From NCBI GenBank assembly GCA_965249485.1, contig OZ252239.1, forward strand, positions 2,281,047-2,345,046: 64,000 nt of DNA, given 5' to 3'. The translations under genes were made by a program, and so were the position numbers. Origin of the DNA: a bacterium. GTDB taxonomy: Bacteria; SM23-31. Below are positions 43,190 through 53,142 of the stretch, piece after piece; positions within the stretch are counted from its first letter, which is position 1; the number at the start of each line of letters is the position of its first letter. A model generated the notes under the pieces. That model did no database searches. It was given only the letters and a program-made list of their open reading frames with translations, and was not told the origin of the DNA.

Positions 43190-43330
43190 AATTTTGTCCA
43201 GTCTCTCGCCCAAACATTACTTCTTAATAGTAAGAAGTTTTACTCTTGTTTTTCGCTTTGATTCATTGTACATTTTGCCCTTTAATTACTAATTAAAATC
43301 TTATTACATTCTTTGGTTAGGTTGCTATTC

Positions 43331-44779
43331 ATGTCTGATCCGGAGAACCTGCATACGAAGTCCGGTATGCCTACTCATATTCATTTTGTTGGAATTGCAG
43401 GATCTGCAATGGGATCTGTTGCCATTGCCATGAAGAGGAATGGAATCCTGGTAACAGGTTCAGATCACAACGTTTATCCTCCGATGAGTGATGTTCTCAA
43501 TGATGAAGGAATAGAGTTCAACACCGGTTTTGATGTTCACGATCTTGATCCAGTACCAGATTTAACGGTGATTGGCAACGTTGTTTCACGAGGCAATACG
43601 GAGCTTGAATATATTCTACAGCACAAAATACCTTACTGCTCTCTTGCTGAACTTATTCGTGATTACGGCATCAAAGACAAAACATCGCATGTGATATCCG
43701 GTACTCATGGAAAGTCGACAACAACGACGCTCTTGGCCTGGATCATGACAAATGCAGGAAAAAATCCAGGATACATGATTGGTGGAGTCCCGATTGATTT
43801 GCCGTCGGCATGTGTCCTGACGGATGGTGATGATTTTATTATTGAAGGCGATGAATATGATACAGCCTTTTTTGACAAACGGTCGAAATTTATACATTAT
43901 AAACCGAATACGCTTATTATCAACAATCTGGAGTACGATCATGTTGACATTTTCCCCGATTTTGTTGATATGAAAAAATCGTTCTATAATGTTATAAATA
44001 TAGTGTCGTCTAATGGCCTGATCATTGCTAATGGTGACGATAAAAATGTGCATGAGTTATTAGAAAATCATCTAGTTGTACAGAAGAAGCTTGTTAGGGT
44101 AGTCCAATTCGGATACGATGAGCATAACGATTGGCAGATATCAGATGTACACCACAAAAACCACATGCTTCAATTTTCTTTGACGAATCCATTACATAAA
44201 TCATTTACCATACAATCGCCGACGATAGGGAAATATCAGACATATAATATAACTGCCGCCGTAGCTGCAGCAATCAATGCAGGGATAGAGGTTCCGTTGG
44301 TTCAGAAGTCGGTTCAGACATTTCGAGGTTTGAAGCGGAGAATGGATTGCAAAGAAACTACAGCTGGAATTGTAGTAATCGATGATTTTGCGCATCATCC
44401 TTCGGCAATCAGGGAGGTGATTGGTGCCGTGCGGGCCGGTTATCAAAACAGCAAAATATGGGCTGTTGTAGAGCCACGGTCAAATTCGATGCGAAGAACC
44501 GTATTTCAATCGCAATTAGTAGAAGCATTGTCAAAGGCAGATACAGCTATAATAGCGCATATCAATGCGCCTGAGAAAATCAGAGAAAATGAACGATTGC
44601 AACCTGAAAAAATAGTTAAAGAACTCACATCGTCAGGCTCAGATGCGAAATACATCCCGAATGTGGATGATATAGTTTCCCATATTAAAAAAAATGCTGA
44701 TCAGGGAGACATTATTATTACAATGAGTAATGGGAATTTTGATAATGTACATGAAAAATTGATCAATGCATTTCAATAA
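43331..44779 (+). CDS. mpl: Murein peptide ligase (MurC/Mpl family)
   Basis: VGIAGSAMG, GSDHNVYPPMS, SGTHGKSTT, EGDEYDTAFFDKRSKF, DDFAHHP, EPRSNSMR. Confidence 0.9.
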   Translation: MSDPENLHTKSGMPTHIHFVGIAGSAMGSVAIAMKRNGILVTGSDHNVYPPMSDVLNDEGIEFNTGFDVHDLDPVPDLTVIGNVVSRGNTELEYILQHKIPYCSLAELIRDYGIKDKTSHVISGTHGKSTTTTLLAWIMTNAGKNPGYMIGGVPIDLPSACVLTDGDDFIIEGDEYDTAFFDKRSKFIHYKPNTLIINNLEYDHVDIFPDFVDMKKSFYNVINIVSSNGLIIANGDDKNVHELLENHLVVQKKLVRVVQFGYDEHNDWQISDVHHKNHMLQFSLTNPLHKSFTIQSPTIGKYQTYNITAAVAAAINAGIEVPLVQKSVQTFRGLKRRMDCKETTAGIVVIDDFAHHPSAIREVIGAVRAGYQNSKIWAVVEPRSNSMRRTVFQSQLVEALSKADTAIIAHINAPEKIRENERLQPEKIVKELTSSGSDAKYIPNVDDIVSHIKKNADQGDIIITMSNGNFDNVHEKLINAFQ

Positions 44780-44901
44780 CAGCAGATTGTTTGATCGTGC
44801 TGATTGTACTGTGTTTAATTACTCTATTTTCAAATTGATTGTAGAACAAATTTTACAAAATGATAGATAATTGATGTAAAAATAATTATATTTATCGGTT
44901 G

Positions 44902-44929
44902 AGAGCTGCGAGTGACAGCTCTTTTTTTT
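44902..44929 (+). terminator. Intrinsic terminator between mpl and pcm
   Basis: AGAGCTG/CAGCTCT stem followed by T7. Confidence 0.6.
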
Positions 44930-44989
44930 GAGTTTCATTGCAATAGTGATGGAAGAACGTTTGAGTAGAAAAGGTATTGGTACGGTTTC

Positions 44990-45649
44990 ATGAGGATGAG
45001 GAATTACCGTCACCAACGTGAAAAAATGGTGGAGACTCAACTCCGCAAACGGGGGATAACTGATAAACGCGTTCTTGACGTTTTTAATTCTGTTGAGCGA
45101 CACCGGTTCGTAGAAGAAAGCTTAATAGATAGAGCCTATAACGATTCACCATTGCCGATCGGCAAAAATCAGACGATATCTCAACCTTATATTGTTGCAC
45201 TTATGTCACAAGCGCTTGCATTGAAGGGAGATGAACGGGTACTTGAAATAGGAACCGGTTCTGGTTATCAGACACTTATCCTTGCAAATCTTGTCCGGCA
45301 GGTATTTTCAATTGAGCGGCATCCCGATTTAGCCCGTCGTGCAAGGGCAATTTTTGAAGCCGCAAATGTCCATAACATTGCGATACGGATCGGAGACGGT
45401 ACAATAGGGTGGAAGGATTATGCCCCATATAATGGAATTATCGTAACTGCGGCGTCACCGCAACTTCCAATATCACTTTTCAATCAATTGTGTGATGGTG
45501 GCAAAATAGTAATCCCGATTGGAAGTGAATCAAAACAGACGCTGTATGTTTTTACACGTACCGGTGAAAGCCACACAAAAGAAGCCCTCTGTCCCTGTTC
45601 ATTTGTACTGCTAATCGGCAAAGAAGGATGGAGTAATAATTCAAATTAA
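44990..45649 (+). CDS. pcm: Protein-L-isoaspartate O-methyltransferase
   Basis: QTISQPY, VLEIGTGSGYQ, GDGTIGW. Confidence 0.95.
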   Translation: MRMRNYRHQREKMVETQLRKRGITDKRVLDVFNSVERHRFVEESLIDRAYNDSPLPIGKNQTISQPYIVALMSQALALKGDERVLEIGTGSGYQTLILANLVRQVFSIERHPDLARRARAIFEAANVHNIAIRIGDGTIGWKDYAPYNGIIVTAASPQLPISLFNQLCDGGKIVIPIGSESKQTLYVFTRTGESHTKEALCPCSFVLLIGKEGWSNNSN

Positions 45650-45694
45650 TCGAGATTCTATCTTACATTAATTGCTATAGAGATACTAAACAGA

Positions 45695-46318
45695 ATGAGT
45701 GATACAGATCGTACAACAGAAGAAAAGAAAAACATCGTTAAACGGTTATATGATTGGGTTCTGGGTTGGGCCGATACACGGTATGGCACACCGGCGCTTG
45801 CAATACTGGCATTTGCCGAATCGTCGTTTTTTCTTATACCGCCTGATATATTGCTGATGGCTCTTTCGCTCGGCAAACCGAAACGTGCGTTTTATTTTGC
45901 GGCAGTCTGTACAGTAGGTTCAGTCCTTGGAGGACTTGCCGGTTATTATATTGGTTGGCAATTTATGGATCTAATTGGTGTCCGGATTCTTGAGATGTAT
46001 GGGTTAGTTGAAGAATTCGAGAAGATCGGCTCTCTATTCAACCAGTATGATGCAATCGCAGTCTTTATAGCAGGATTTACTCCGGTGCCCTATAAAGTTG
46101 CCACCATTTCTGCGGGTGTATTTCATGTCAATATTCTGACTTTTATTCTCGCATCTGTTACGAGCAGAGGTGCCCGGTTTTTTGCAATTGCAGGGCTTAT
46201 ATACTTTTTTGGTCCGAAAATCAAAACATTTATCGACAAATATTTCAATATTCTGGTTATTATTTTTACAATACTATTGATTGGGGGATTTCTAATCAGT
46301 AAATTATTAATTGATTAA
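45695..46318 (+). CDS. YqaA/DedA-family membrane protein
   Basis: AFAESSFFLIPPD, GSVLGG, FTPVPYK, RGARF. Confidence 0.9.
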   Translation: MSDTDRTTEEKKNIVKRLYDWVLGWADTRYGTPALAILAFAESSFFLIPPDILLMALSLGKPKRAFYFAAVCTVGSVLGGLAGYYIGWQFMDLIGVRILEMYGLVEEFEKIGSLFNQYDAIAVFIAGFTPVPYKVATISAGVFHVNILTFILASVTSRGARFFAIAGLIYFFGPKIKTFIDKYFNILVIIFTILLIGGFLISKLLID

Positions 46319-46321
46319 AAT

Positions 46322-46396
46322 CGGGGCGTAGCGCAGCCCGGTTAGCGCGCGTGCTTCGGGAGCACGAGGTCGAAGGTTCAAATCCTTTCGCCCCGA
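46322..46396 (+). tRNA. tRNA-Pro(CGG), CCA not encoded
   Basis: CGGGGCG/CGCCCCG acceptor stem; anticodon arm CGTGC-TTCGGGA-GCACG; T-arm GGTTCAAATCC. Confidence 0.95.
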
Positions 46397-46791
46397 CAAA
46401 TCATAAAGTATTATAGTATAATGCTTTAGGATTTATTGCTTATGACTATACTTGAACATTCTTAGCAAGAACAGCACGAGGTAAACAGCACAATCCTGCC
46501 AATTCTTGCATTCAACTTTCTGCTAACTTGTCAAAAGGGTGAATTTGCCAACTTCAATCGGTCGTATTAACTGTCGGATATAGAAATTTCTCAGTTCAAA
46601 GATAGAAAGATAAGGCAAAATTAGAAAAATCCCGTGAGAATGTATATTCTTCTTTAAACTAGCAATCTTTAAATCAATTGTTTATTTTTGGATAATATTT
46701 CGCAATAGTATAGTCCTTCCTTGCTTTCAACTTCACGGAACTTCGACCAGCTGATATGAAGATTGTATTGAATACATATGAAGAGTAGAGT

Positions 46792-46815
46792 ATGTATCTT
46801 TTTAAAAAGATACAT
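46792..46815. promoter_or_regulatory. Perfect 24-bp palindrome, candidate operator
   Basis: ATGTATCTTTTT-AAAAAGATACAT. Confidence 0.5.
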
Positions 46816-46962
46816 CCATGAAATATAATTTGATAAATCGGTTGGTGCCGTATAGCCGCTGATGAAGCCGGGGCAGTTTGAAATTCTTAGTTATTTCCAA
46901 ATTTTAAACACTATAATATTCCTTTATTTATAGGACAAACAAATTGTATGAGGTGGAATGCC

Positions 46963-48414
46963 ATGAAAGTAATAAGAATGTTAACGCTCGTTATTCTGGT
47001 AGTATCCTTTCTATTTCCGGGACAGGCGTATTCTCAGAGTGCGGATGATTATAAGACTGTTCTCACAAACTGTAATGTGATTAATTGCACCGGAAGCCCG
47101 GTAATGGAGAATATGACGGTAACCATATCGGGGAACGTAATTGAGTCAATAAGGGAGGGGTCGTATCAACAATCCAGACAAGATAATAATGTTCGTGTGA
47201 TTGACCTGGATGGAGCATATGTACTTCCCGGCTTTTGGAACATGCACGTGCACATGGCCAGTACCTTCCCGGGAAATCCAAATTTATCCGGCGAATTGCT
47301 TCCTTCAGCAGTCATCAGGGCCGGATTGAACGCCATGAATGGTCTTCGGAGCGGGTTTACAGCTATTCGTACAGCCGGAGAGAATGACAGCATGTTTGAT
47401 CCTGTGAAGGGAAATGTCCTTCCAGGCTTCGAGCGGGATTTTTTTGATACTGCCTGGAGAGATGTTTTTGATTATGGATTTTACATGGGCCCCCGTATAT
47501 TTGCTGCCGGAGAGGTCGTAATGGTTACCGGAGGTGGGCGTGGTAACAATCCCGCCGGGCCTGATGGGCCATATGAAGTCAGGAAAAAAGTACGTTCGAG
47601 CATCCAACGTGGTGTTAATGCAATAAAGATTGTAGATGTAGAAATGTTCCCCGACGAAATCGAGGCACTAACTGAAACTGCCCATAGTTTTGGGATCCAT
47701 GTTCTCAGCCACTCCAGAGAGCCTGCAACCTACCGATCCGTCGCGGCCGGTATAGATTGTATCGAACATGGGTATGGAATTACTGATGAAACTATTGCAC
47801 TCATGGCTGAAAAAGGCACATTTTACTGTCCGACCATCAGTTGTAACCTGAGTGATCAGTATATTAAGGAGAGGGAAAGCCGGCTGGCAAAACTGGGTTA
47901 TTCAGAAGATGAACAGGTCGTTAAATGGCGTACTCTTATCGCCTATGGAGACGAAAGATCTCCAGAACATGCCCTGCATCAAAGGCAGGCATTGCAGAAG
48001 GCAGCGAAAGCCGGTGTGAAGCTCCTCATAGGTTCCGACTCCAACCCTATTGGTGAAATCGGAATCCTGGAGATGGAACAATTTGTTCTTGCGGGTGTCA
48101 GCGAGATGGAAACGCTCATTGCTGCCACGCGTAATGGCGCGGAAATGTGTGGTGTGCTGGACATACTCGGCACTGTGGAAGAAGGTAAACTTGCCGACCT
48201 TGTGGTTGTTGCAGAGAATCCACTGGAGAACATCTCAAATATCAGGAAAGTGAAAATGGTCTTCAAAGATGGAACCTCAGTGGACTTGAAACAGACTCAG
48301 GGAACAGCCAGTTACTGGGATTATTTTGATGTTAAATTTCCACGAAAAGGGTACCTGGGTGATGCCGAGAACGTTGCCGGTTTCAGAAGAGGTCTGGCAG
48401 AATCCCCCAAATAA
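46963..48414 (+). CDS. Exported metal-dependent amidohydrolase (M38/prolidase-like)
   Basis: Signal peptide; LPGFWNMHVH, AIKI, SHS, IEHG, GSDS, GKLADLVV. Confidence 0.88.
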   Translation: MKVIRMLTLVILVVSFLFPGQAYSQSADDYKTVLTNCNVINCTGSPVMENMTVTISGNVIESIREGSYQQSRQDNNVRVIDLDGAYVLPGFWNMHVHMASTFPGNPNLSGELLPSAVIRAGLNAMNGLRSGFTAIRTAGENDSMFDPVKGNVLPGFERDFFDTAWRDVFDYGFYMGPRIFAAGEVVMVTGGGRGNNPAGPDGPYEVRKKVRSSIQRGVNAIKIVDVEMFPDEIEALTETAHSFGIHVLSHSREPATYRSVAAGIDCIEHGYGITDETIALMAEKGTFYCPTISCNLSDQYIKERESRLAKLGYSEDEQVVKWRTLIAYGDERSPEHALHQRQALQKAAKAGVKLLIGSDSNPIGEIGILEMEQFVLAGVSEMETLIAATRNGAEMCGVLDILGTVEEGKLADLVVVAENPLENISNIRKVKMVFKDGTSVDLKQTQGTASYWDYFDVKFPRKGYLGDAENVAGFRRGLAESPK

Positions 48415-48745
48415 TGTTCTAAATTTTGATTATGTTCAAAGTGAAGAGCAGATTTTATTGGCACAAAGTGAAACCTTTTACCGGATTAACGATATTTTGT
48501 TCAAAAATCTCGACAGTTTATTAAACCTGAAATAAGATGTAGTGTAAGCGGTACCATTGTATTCCTTTTTTGACATTTGATGCAATCAGATTTATTAATT
48601 CCTAACAATATCATTTGTGATAGTTTTCTGTTATCTCATTGAATTTACAATGAGTTTGGAATGTACAGTAATTTTCTATGAGAAGAACGTTGTTTGCGAC
48701 CTTATCATTGGAGATTAACTACTCTTCAATAGCTTAATCTCCACA

Positions 48746-50353
48746 TTACCATGGCAAAGGCCAAACTCGGGGAAGTTTTTCATCACGCATGGCGGCATGA
48801 TACGCTAATGTCGCCACGACCACCGATGACTGCATCATGCCTTCCGGAAAGAGACGTTCATACACGTCCATATTGATATGGGCGGTATAGTCAAGCATAT
48901 CATATGCATCATGATTAAAATAAAAGCCAATCAAACCGACTTCGGTGTATGCTGAATGTGTCGCTCCACCAGTTGAAAGATGTGTCATCCCAATGCTATG
49001 CAACGGCTTTATCCATTCTGTAAATATCGCCCTGAGTTCTTCGCTCCCTATGATCGATACACTCCGAATTTTGCTAGGACCGATATCCTGATTAAAATAT
49101 GCAACAAGATTAACATAATCTTTTTTGTATTCCTTTGTTACCGGGTCGGCAAAGTGTTTGCGAACATGAGCCCGGCTGCCTGCTAATCCACCGCCATCAT
49201 GCCCACCCCAGAGACCAACACGAATAGTACGTCGTGGCCTGGCACCTATCGCCTTGAGAATGCGTACCGCCTCCATGGACGTTGTTGATCCGGCAGCGTT
49301 GTCGATGGCACCGGTCCCGTGGGGTAGAGACTGAAGATGGCCGCCTACTATAACTATCTCATGCGCTAGGTCTGTACCCGGAATCTCGGCAATGACGTTA
49401 AAATCATTCGGGTCGCCTCCGTAAACGGTTGTCTTGACTTCAATTTCCATTTCGACAGGAATGTCCTCTTCAAGAATACGCAATATCCGGTTATACTGTT
49501 CCACTGCAAAAACCAGCTCCAAAGGCTGAGGAGGCGCATCCACATCCCATGGATTTTCAACATTATTGTATCTACCCGTTCCGGCAACAGATCCGAAATA
49601 ATGAACAGGATCCGTTTTAGCGATAGCCACGGCACCCTCGGCAAATACAAAATCAACTATTTGCTGTTTCAATTCATTGGAACCGCGGTCACGAGGTTCT
49701 CTCGGGGCTGGGGGAATAATGGAGACTTTTGACATCTCATCGAGCCGTTCGTCGGACCACTCCACGGGATAGCCGTTTTCATGGCGAAAGGTGCCCGCCC
49801 GGTTCCACATTTGAACACCAAAATAGGGCGAGATCTCCTGTATCGGCATTATGAATACGATACGGCCTCGTAATTTCCCACGGTATTGTTCCAGATCCGC
49901 TACCGACATGATTTCATCAACATTCATGTGGATTGCATTTGCCCGGACCTTCCCATTTGTACCGGACGACCACAGTGCGGGAAAGGCAATGATCGGCACA
50001 TAATCAGGCTCCATCATATGCACTGAGACGTAATCAAAATCCCAGCCGTTACCAAATTCATACGGCTCAAGATGGGCATTCGACAGACCATACCCTTCAA
50101 GTCGGTCCCGGGCCCATTCTGCCGCTGCACGATACGAAGGCGTTTTCCAATTCCGTCCGCCAAAAATATTGGTCAGCATGTTGGCATTCTTCATTACATC
50201 AGAATTTTCAAACTCAAATTCCATGAGCTTCTGTACAACATCGTAGTAGACCGGTTCAAAGCCCGGTATGTTGGCCTTTTCTTGTGCGGATACGGGAGAT
50301 ACCGTTATAAGCAGTAAAAATATACTGACCATACAAACATGCACAGCTTTCAT
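48746..50353 (-). CDS. Exported M28/carboxypeptidase-Q-like protein with altered active site
   Basis: Signal peptide; NVIAEIPG, VGGHLQS, GTGAIDNAAG, PRRTIR, WGGHDGG, YFNQD. Confidence 0.85.
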   Translation of the reverse strand: MKAVHVCMVSIFLLLITVSPVSAQEKANIPGFEPVYYDVVQKLMEFEFENSDVMKNANMLTNIFGGRNWKTPSYRAAAEWARDRLEGYGLSNAHLEPYEFGNGWDFDYVSVHMMEPDYVPIIAFPALWSSGTNGKVRANAIHMNVDEIMSVADLEQYRGKLRGRIVFIMPIQEISPYFGVQMWNRAGTFRHENGYPVEWSDERLDEMSKVSIIPPAPREPRDRGSNELKQQIVDFVFAEGAVAIAKTDPVHYFGSVAGTGRYNNVENPWDVDAPPQPLELVFAVEQYNRILRILEEDIPVEMEIEVKTTVYGGDPNDFNVIAEIPGTDLAHEIVIVGGHLQSLPHGTGAIDNAAGSTTSMEAVRILKAIGARPRRTIRVGLWGGHDGGGLAGSRAHVRKHFADPVTKEYKKDYVNLVAYFNQDIGPSKIRSVSIIGSEELRAIFTEWIKPLHSIGMTHLSTGGATHSAYTEVGLIGFYFNHDAYDMLDYTAHINMDVYERLFPEGMMQSSVVVATLAYHAAMRDEKLPRVWPLPW

Positions 50354-50962
50354 AACACCTCCTGATATATTTGGATGATTTTATAAATATCAATAATTCT
50401 GAAAAATATTTATTTAATGTAAGTTGGAATGTGATACTTTGTAGAATTGTGATGCGCGTTGCCAAAACATCTTTGGCACATCGGAATAATATTATAACGA
50501 ATGCAATTAGTTTCTCCAAGGACTTTTTAATCTTCAGTAGAACGATATTCGTACTTTCTTGAAAGTAGATTTGATGTAATTTCATAAAAAAAGGCCGACA
50601 ATTACAATTCAACCCAGAAAAATTTTTGAAAGAAACTCAAATGTTCTTCATCCGGATCGTTTTGTATCAAGCCATACAAGCACCTCAGACACAGATTACA
50701 GAGTATTAATGTGCCTCGTCAGAGTAATTTGAATATTTTGTGTTAGAAATAATGAGATACTTTTAGTCTTACTTTTTTCTTTTTATCCTTTCAATTTCCA
50801 ATATATTTTATTTCATTTGTCTTATTCAGGCTCTTAAATCAAATTGACGTCACATTTCAACACAAACCCATTTTGTTTTCTATTATTAGAATTGATATAG
50901 TGGATAATCGGAATGTAGGTGTTTAATGGAATACAGAATATCGGTAAGGGAAAAATCTGATT

Positions 50963-52651
50963 ATGCTTATTGATTGGCTCGTCATTATTGTATATCTAAG
51001 CAGTTTAGTGGTGATTGGAGTCTGGTCTGCCAGAAAGATAAAAACAGCTTCAAGCTTTTTTATCAGTGAGCGTAATTTCGGAAAGACCATGATGACGTTC
51101 TTTAACTTCGGAACGGGGACTAATACTGATCAGGCTGTCACCGTCGTGTCAAAGACGTTCGTGTCCGGGGCTTCGGGAATCTGGTATCAGTGGTTATGGT
51201 TGTTTGCCACACCGTTCTACTGGTTACTGGCTCTGCTATTCAGGCGTATGAGAGCGGTAACAACTGCAGATTATTTATTCAAACGTTATGGTCAGAGTGT
51301 CGCCGTCCTTTTCGCTCTGGTCGGCATGGCACAATTATCAGTCAATATTGGTGTAACGCTCAGGGCATCAAGTGCACTTATTACAGCTGTAACCGATGGT
51401 GCAATCAGCACTGCTCTCGCAATATTTGCACTGACAGGTCTGTTTGTATTTTACGGTGTGCTCGGTGGATTGAAAGCAGCAATTATCACCGATTTTATTC
51501 AGGGTATATTAACCTTCGTGCTCTCCTTTATGATTTTACCGTTTGTGCTCAGTGCAGTGGGAGGTTTGGAAGGATTAAAAACAATTGTCAATGATCCCTC
51601 AATGTTCGAGATCGTGACTCCCGGTGAGATCACAACACTGTATATTATAGTAATCGCTTTAAATGGACTTATTGGCTGGGTTACAGCTCCATATTCCATG
51701 GCAATGTGCGGTGCTGGCAAAAGCGAGTTTGATTCGAGAGTAGGACTTGTCTGCGGAATGTTTCTCAAGCGAATATGCACGATCGCATGGGTTCTGACAG
51801 GTCTATGCGGTATAGGCATATACACAGGCACATCCGTCAATCCGGACTTTGTTTGGGGATTCCTCGGACGTGATTTTCTGCCAAATATAGCACCGGGTCT
51901 CATCGGAGTATTTGTCGCTTCCATGCTTGCAGCGGTCATGAGTTCATGTGATTGCTTTATGGTTTCATCCGCCGCATTGTTCACGGAAAATATTTATAAA
52001 CCTTTGATCAAGCCGAACCAAAATGATAAACATTATATTTTAATAGGGAGAATTGCATCTGTTGTTGTTGTTATCTTTGGCATTATCGTAGCATTCGCTA
52101 TTACGGGTGTAGTACAAGGTTTAGAAGTTATCTGGAAAGTGTATGCAATGATGGGAATCGCTATATGGGCAAGTTTTTTCTGGAGAAAAGCGACTGCTGC
52201 CGCAGCCTGGGCTTCAACATTGAGTAGTTTTGCCACATGGTTTTTCATAAGCACGATCGATTTCATTGGCTGGGACTTTAATGCTCATTTTGCCCGCTTC
52301 CTCCCGGATTTTATGTTGTATGACGGTGTACTTTCTCTGCCGTGGCAGATGATTTTCTATTTGACAGTAGGGCTGGTTGTCATGGTGGTTGTGAGTCTGT
52401 TTACAAAACCACAGGATAAAGAGACACTTGATCAAGTTTATGAATGTCTCCGTACTCCGGTCCTGCCGGGTGAGCCAGAAGTCGAACCGCTTACGCTTCC
52501 TGAAGGTATAAAACCGGCTCCTCGCTCGGTACTCATAAACCATCCCGATTTTGAGATTATGAAACCGTCTCTTGTTAGTGTAGTAGGCTTTCTTGTATCC
52601 TGGGTGGCCGTAGGATTGTTAATCGGTGTATTTGTCTGGATTATACAATGA
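50963..52651 (+). CDS. Sodium:solute symporter (SSS) family
   Basis: IDWLVIIVY start, many TM segments, GGLKAAIITDFIQG, LAAVMSS. Confidence 0.92.
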   Translation: MLIDWLVIIVYLSSLVVIGVWSARKIKTASSFFISERNFGKTMMTFFNFGTGTNTDQAVTVVSKTFVSGASGIWYQWLWLFATPFYWLLALLFRRMRAVTTADYLFKRYGQSVAVLFALVGMAQLSVNIGVTLRASSALITAVTDGAISTALAIFALTGLFVFYGVLGGLKAAIITDFIQGILTFVLSFMILPFVLSAVGGLEGLKTIVNDPSMFEIVTPGEITTLYIIVIALNGLIGWVTAPYSMAMCGAGKSEFDSRVGLVCGMFLKRICTIAWVLTGLCGIGIYTGTSVNPDFVWGFLGRDFLPNIAPGLIGVFVASMLAAVMSSCDCFMVSSAALFTENIYKPLIKPNQNDKHYILIGRIASVVVVIFGIIVAFAITGVVQGLEVIWKVYAMMGIAIWASFFWRKATAAAAWASTLSSFATWFFISTIDFIGWDFNAHFARFLPDFMLYDGVLSLPWQMIFYLTVGLVVMVVVSLFTKPQDKETLDQVYECLRTPVLPGEPEVEPLTLPEGIKPAPRSVLINHPDFEIMKPSLVSVVGFLVSWVAVGLLIGVFVWIIQ

Positions 52652-53142
52652 GATCCGCAATGTAAAAAATATATACATATGCCAGATATCATTTTAGTTG
52701 GAAGATTTGCTTCATACCGGAAAAGTGGAGTGTTATAATCAAGAAGAAATTTTAGTAAGTAATGGTGGAATTCGTATTCATCTGACGAATGGGAATCAAT
52801 TCCTTCCATGGTATACTGTAACATTCAAACAAAATAAAAAGGATAACAAAAAACCACCTTTAATCAGAAAAGAAATCGTTATGGAAACTCCCTTTCTTCA
52901 AAATTCACTTCTATGTAATGCATAAATATAGTTTATTAATTATGCGCCACAACGAATAAAAACTGAATAATTACGTTGTAATTTAAAAAAAAACATATAT
53001 ATTAATTTTACGTTACAGTAATATTGCAGTTTTGCAGCATCTGAAGCATAAATTCAAAAAAGTTGAAGAGCTAGTGGATTTTTGGATTAACAATCGCCAG
53101 AGCTCTCAATAAAAATGAAACCAGTTAAGTACAGGATCGAAA

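Noticed and set aside
46835-46885. CCGCTGATGA resembling the 3' part of a fluoride riboswitch
   Set aside because: The 5' GGCGATGG...CGCC element is missing and the downstream gene is unrelated
52698-52925. 75-aa ORF after the SSS gene
   Set aside because: TTG start, no clear RBS and no recognisable motif
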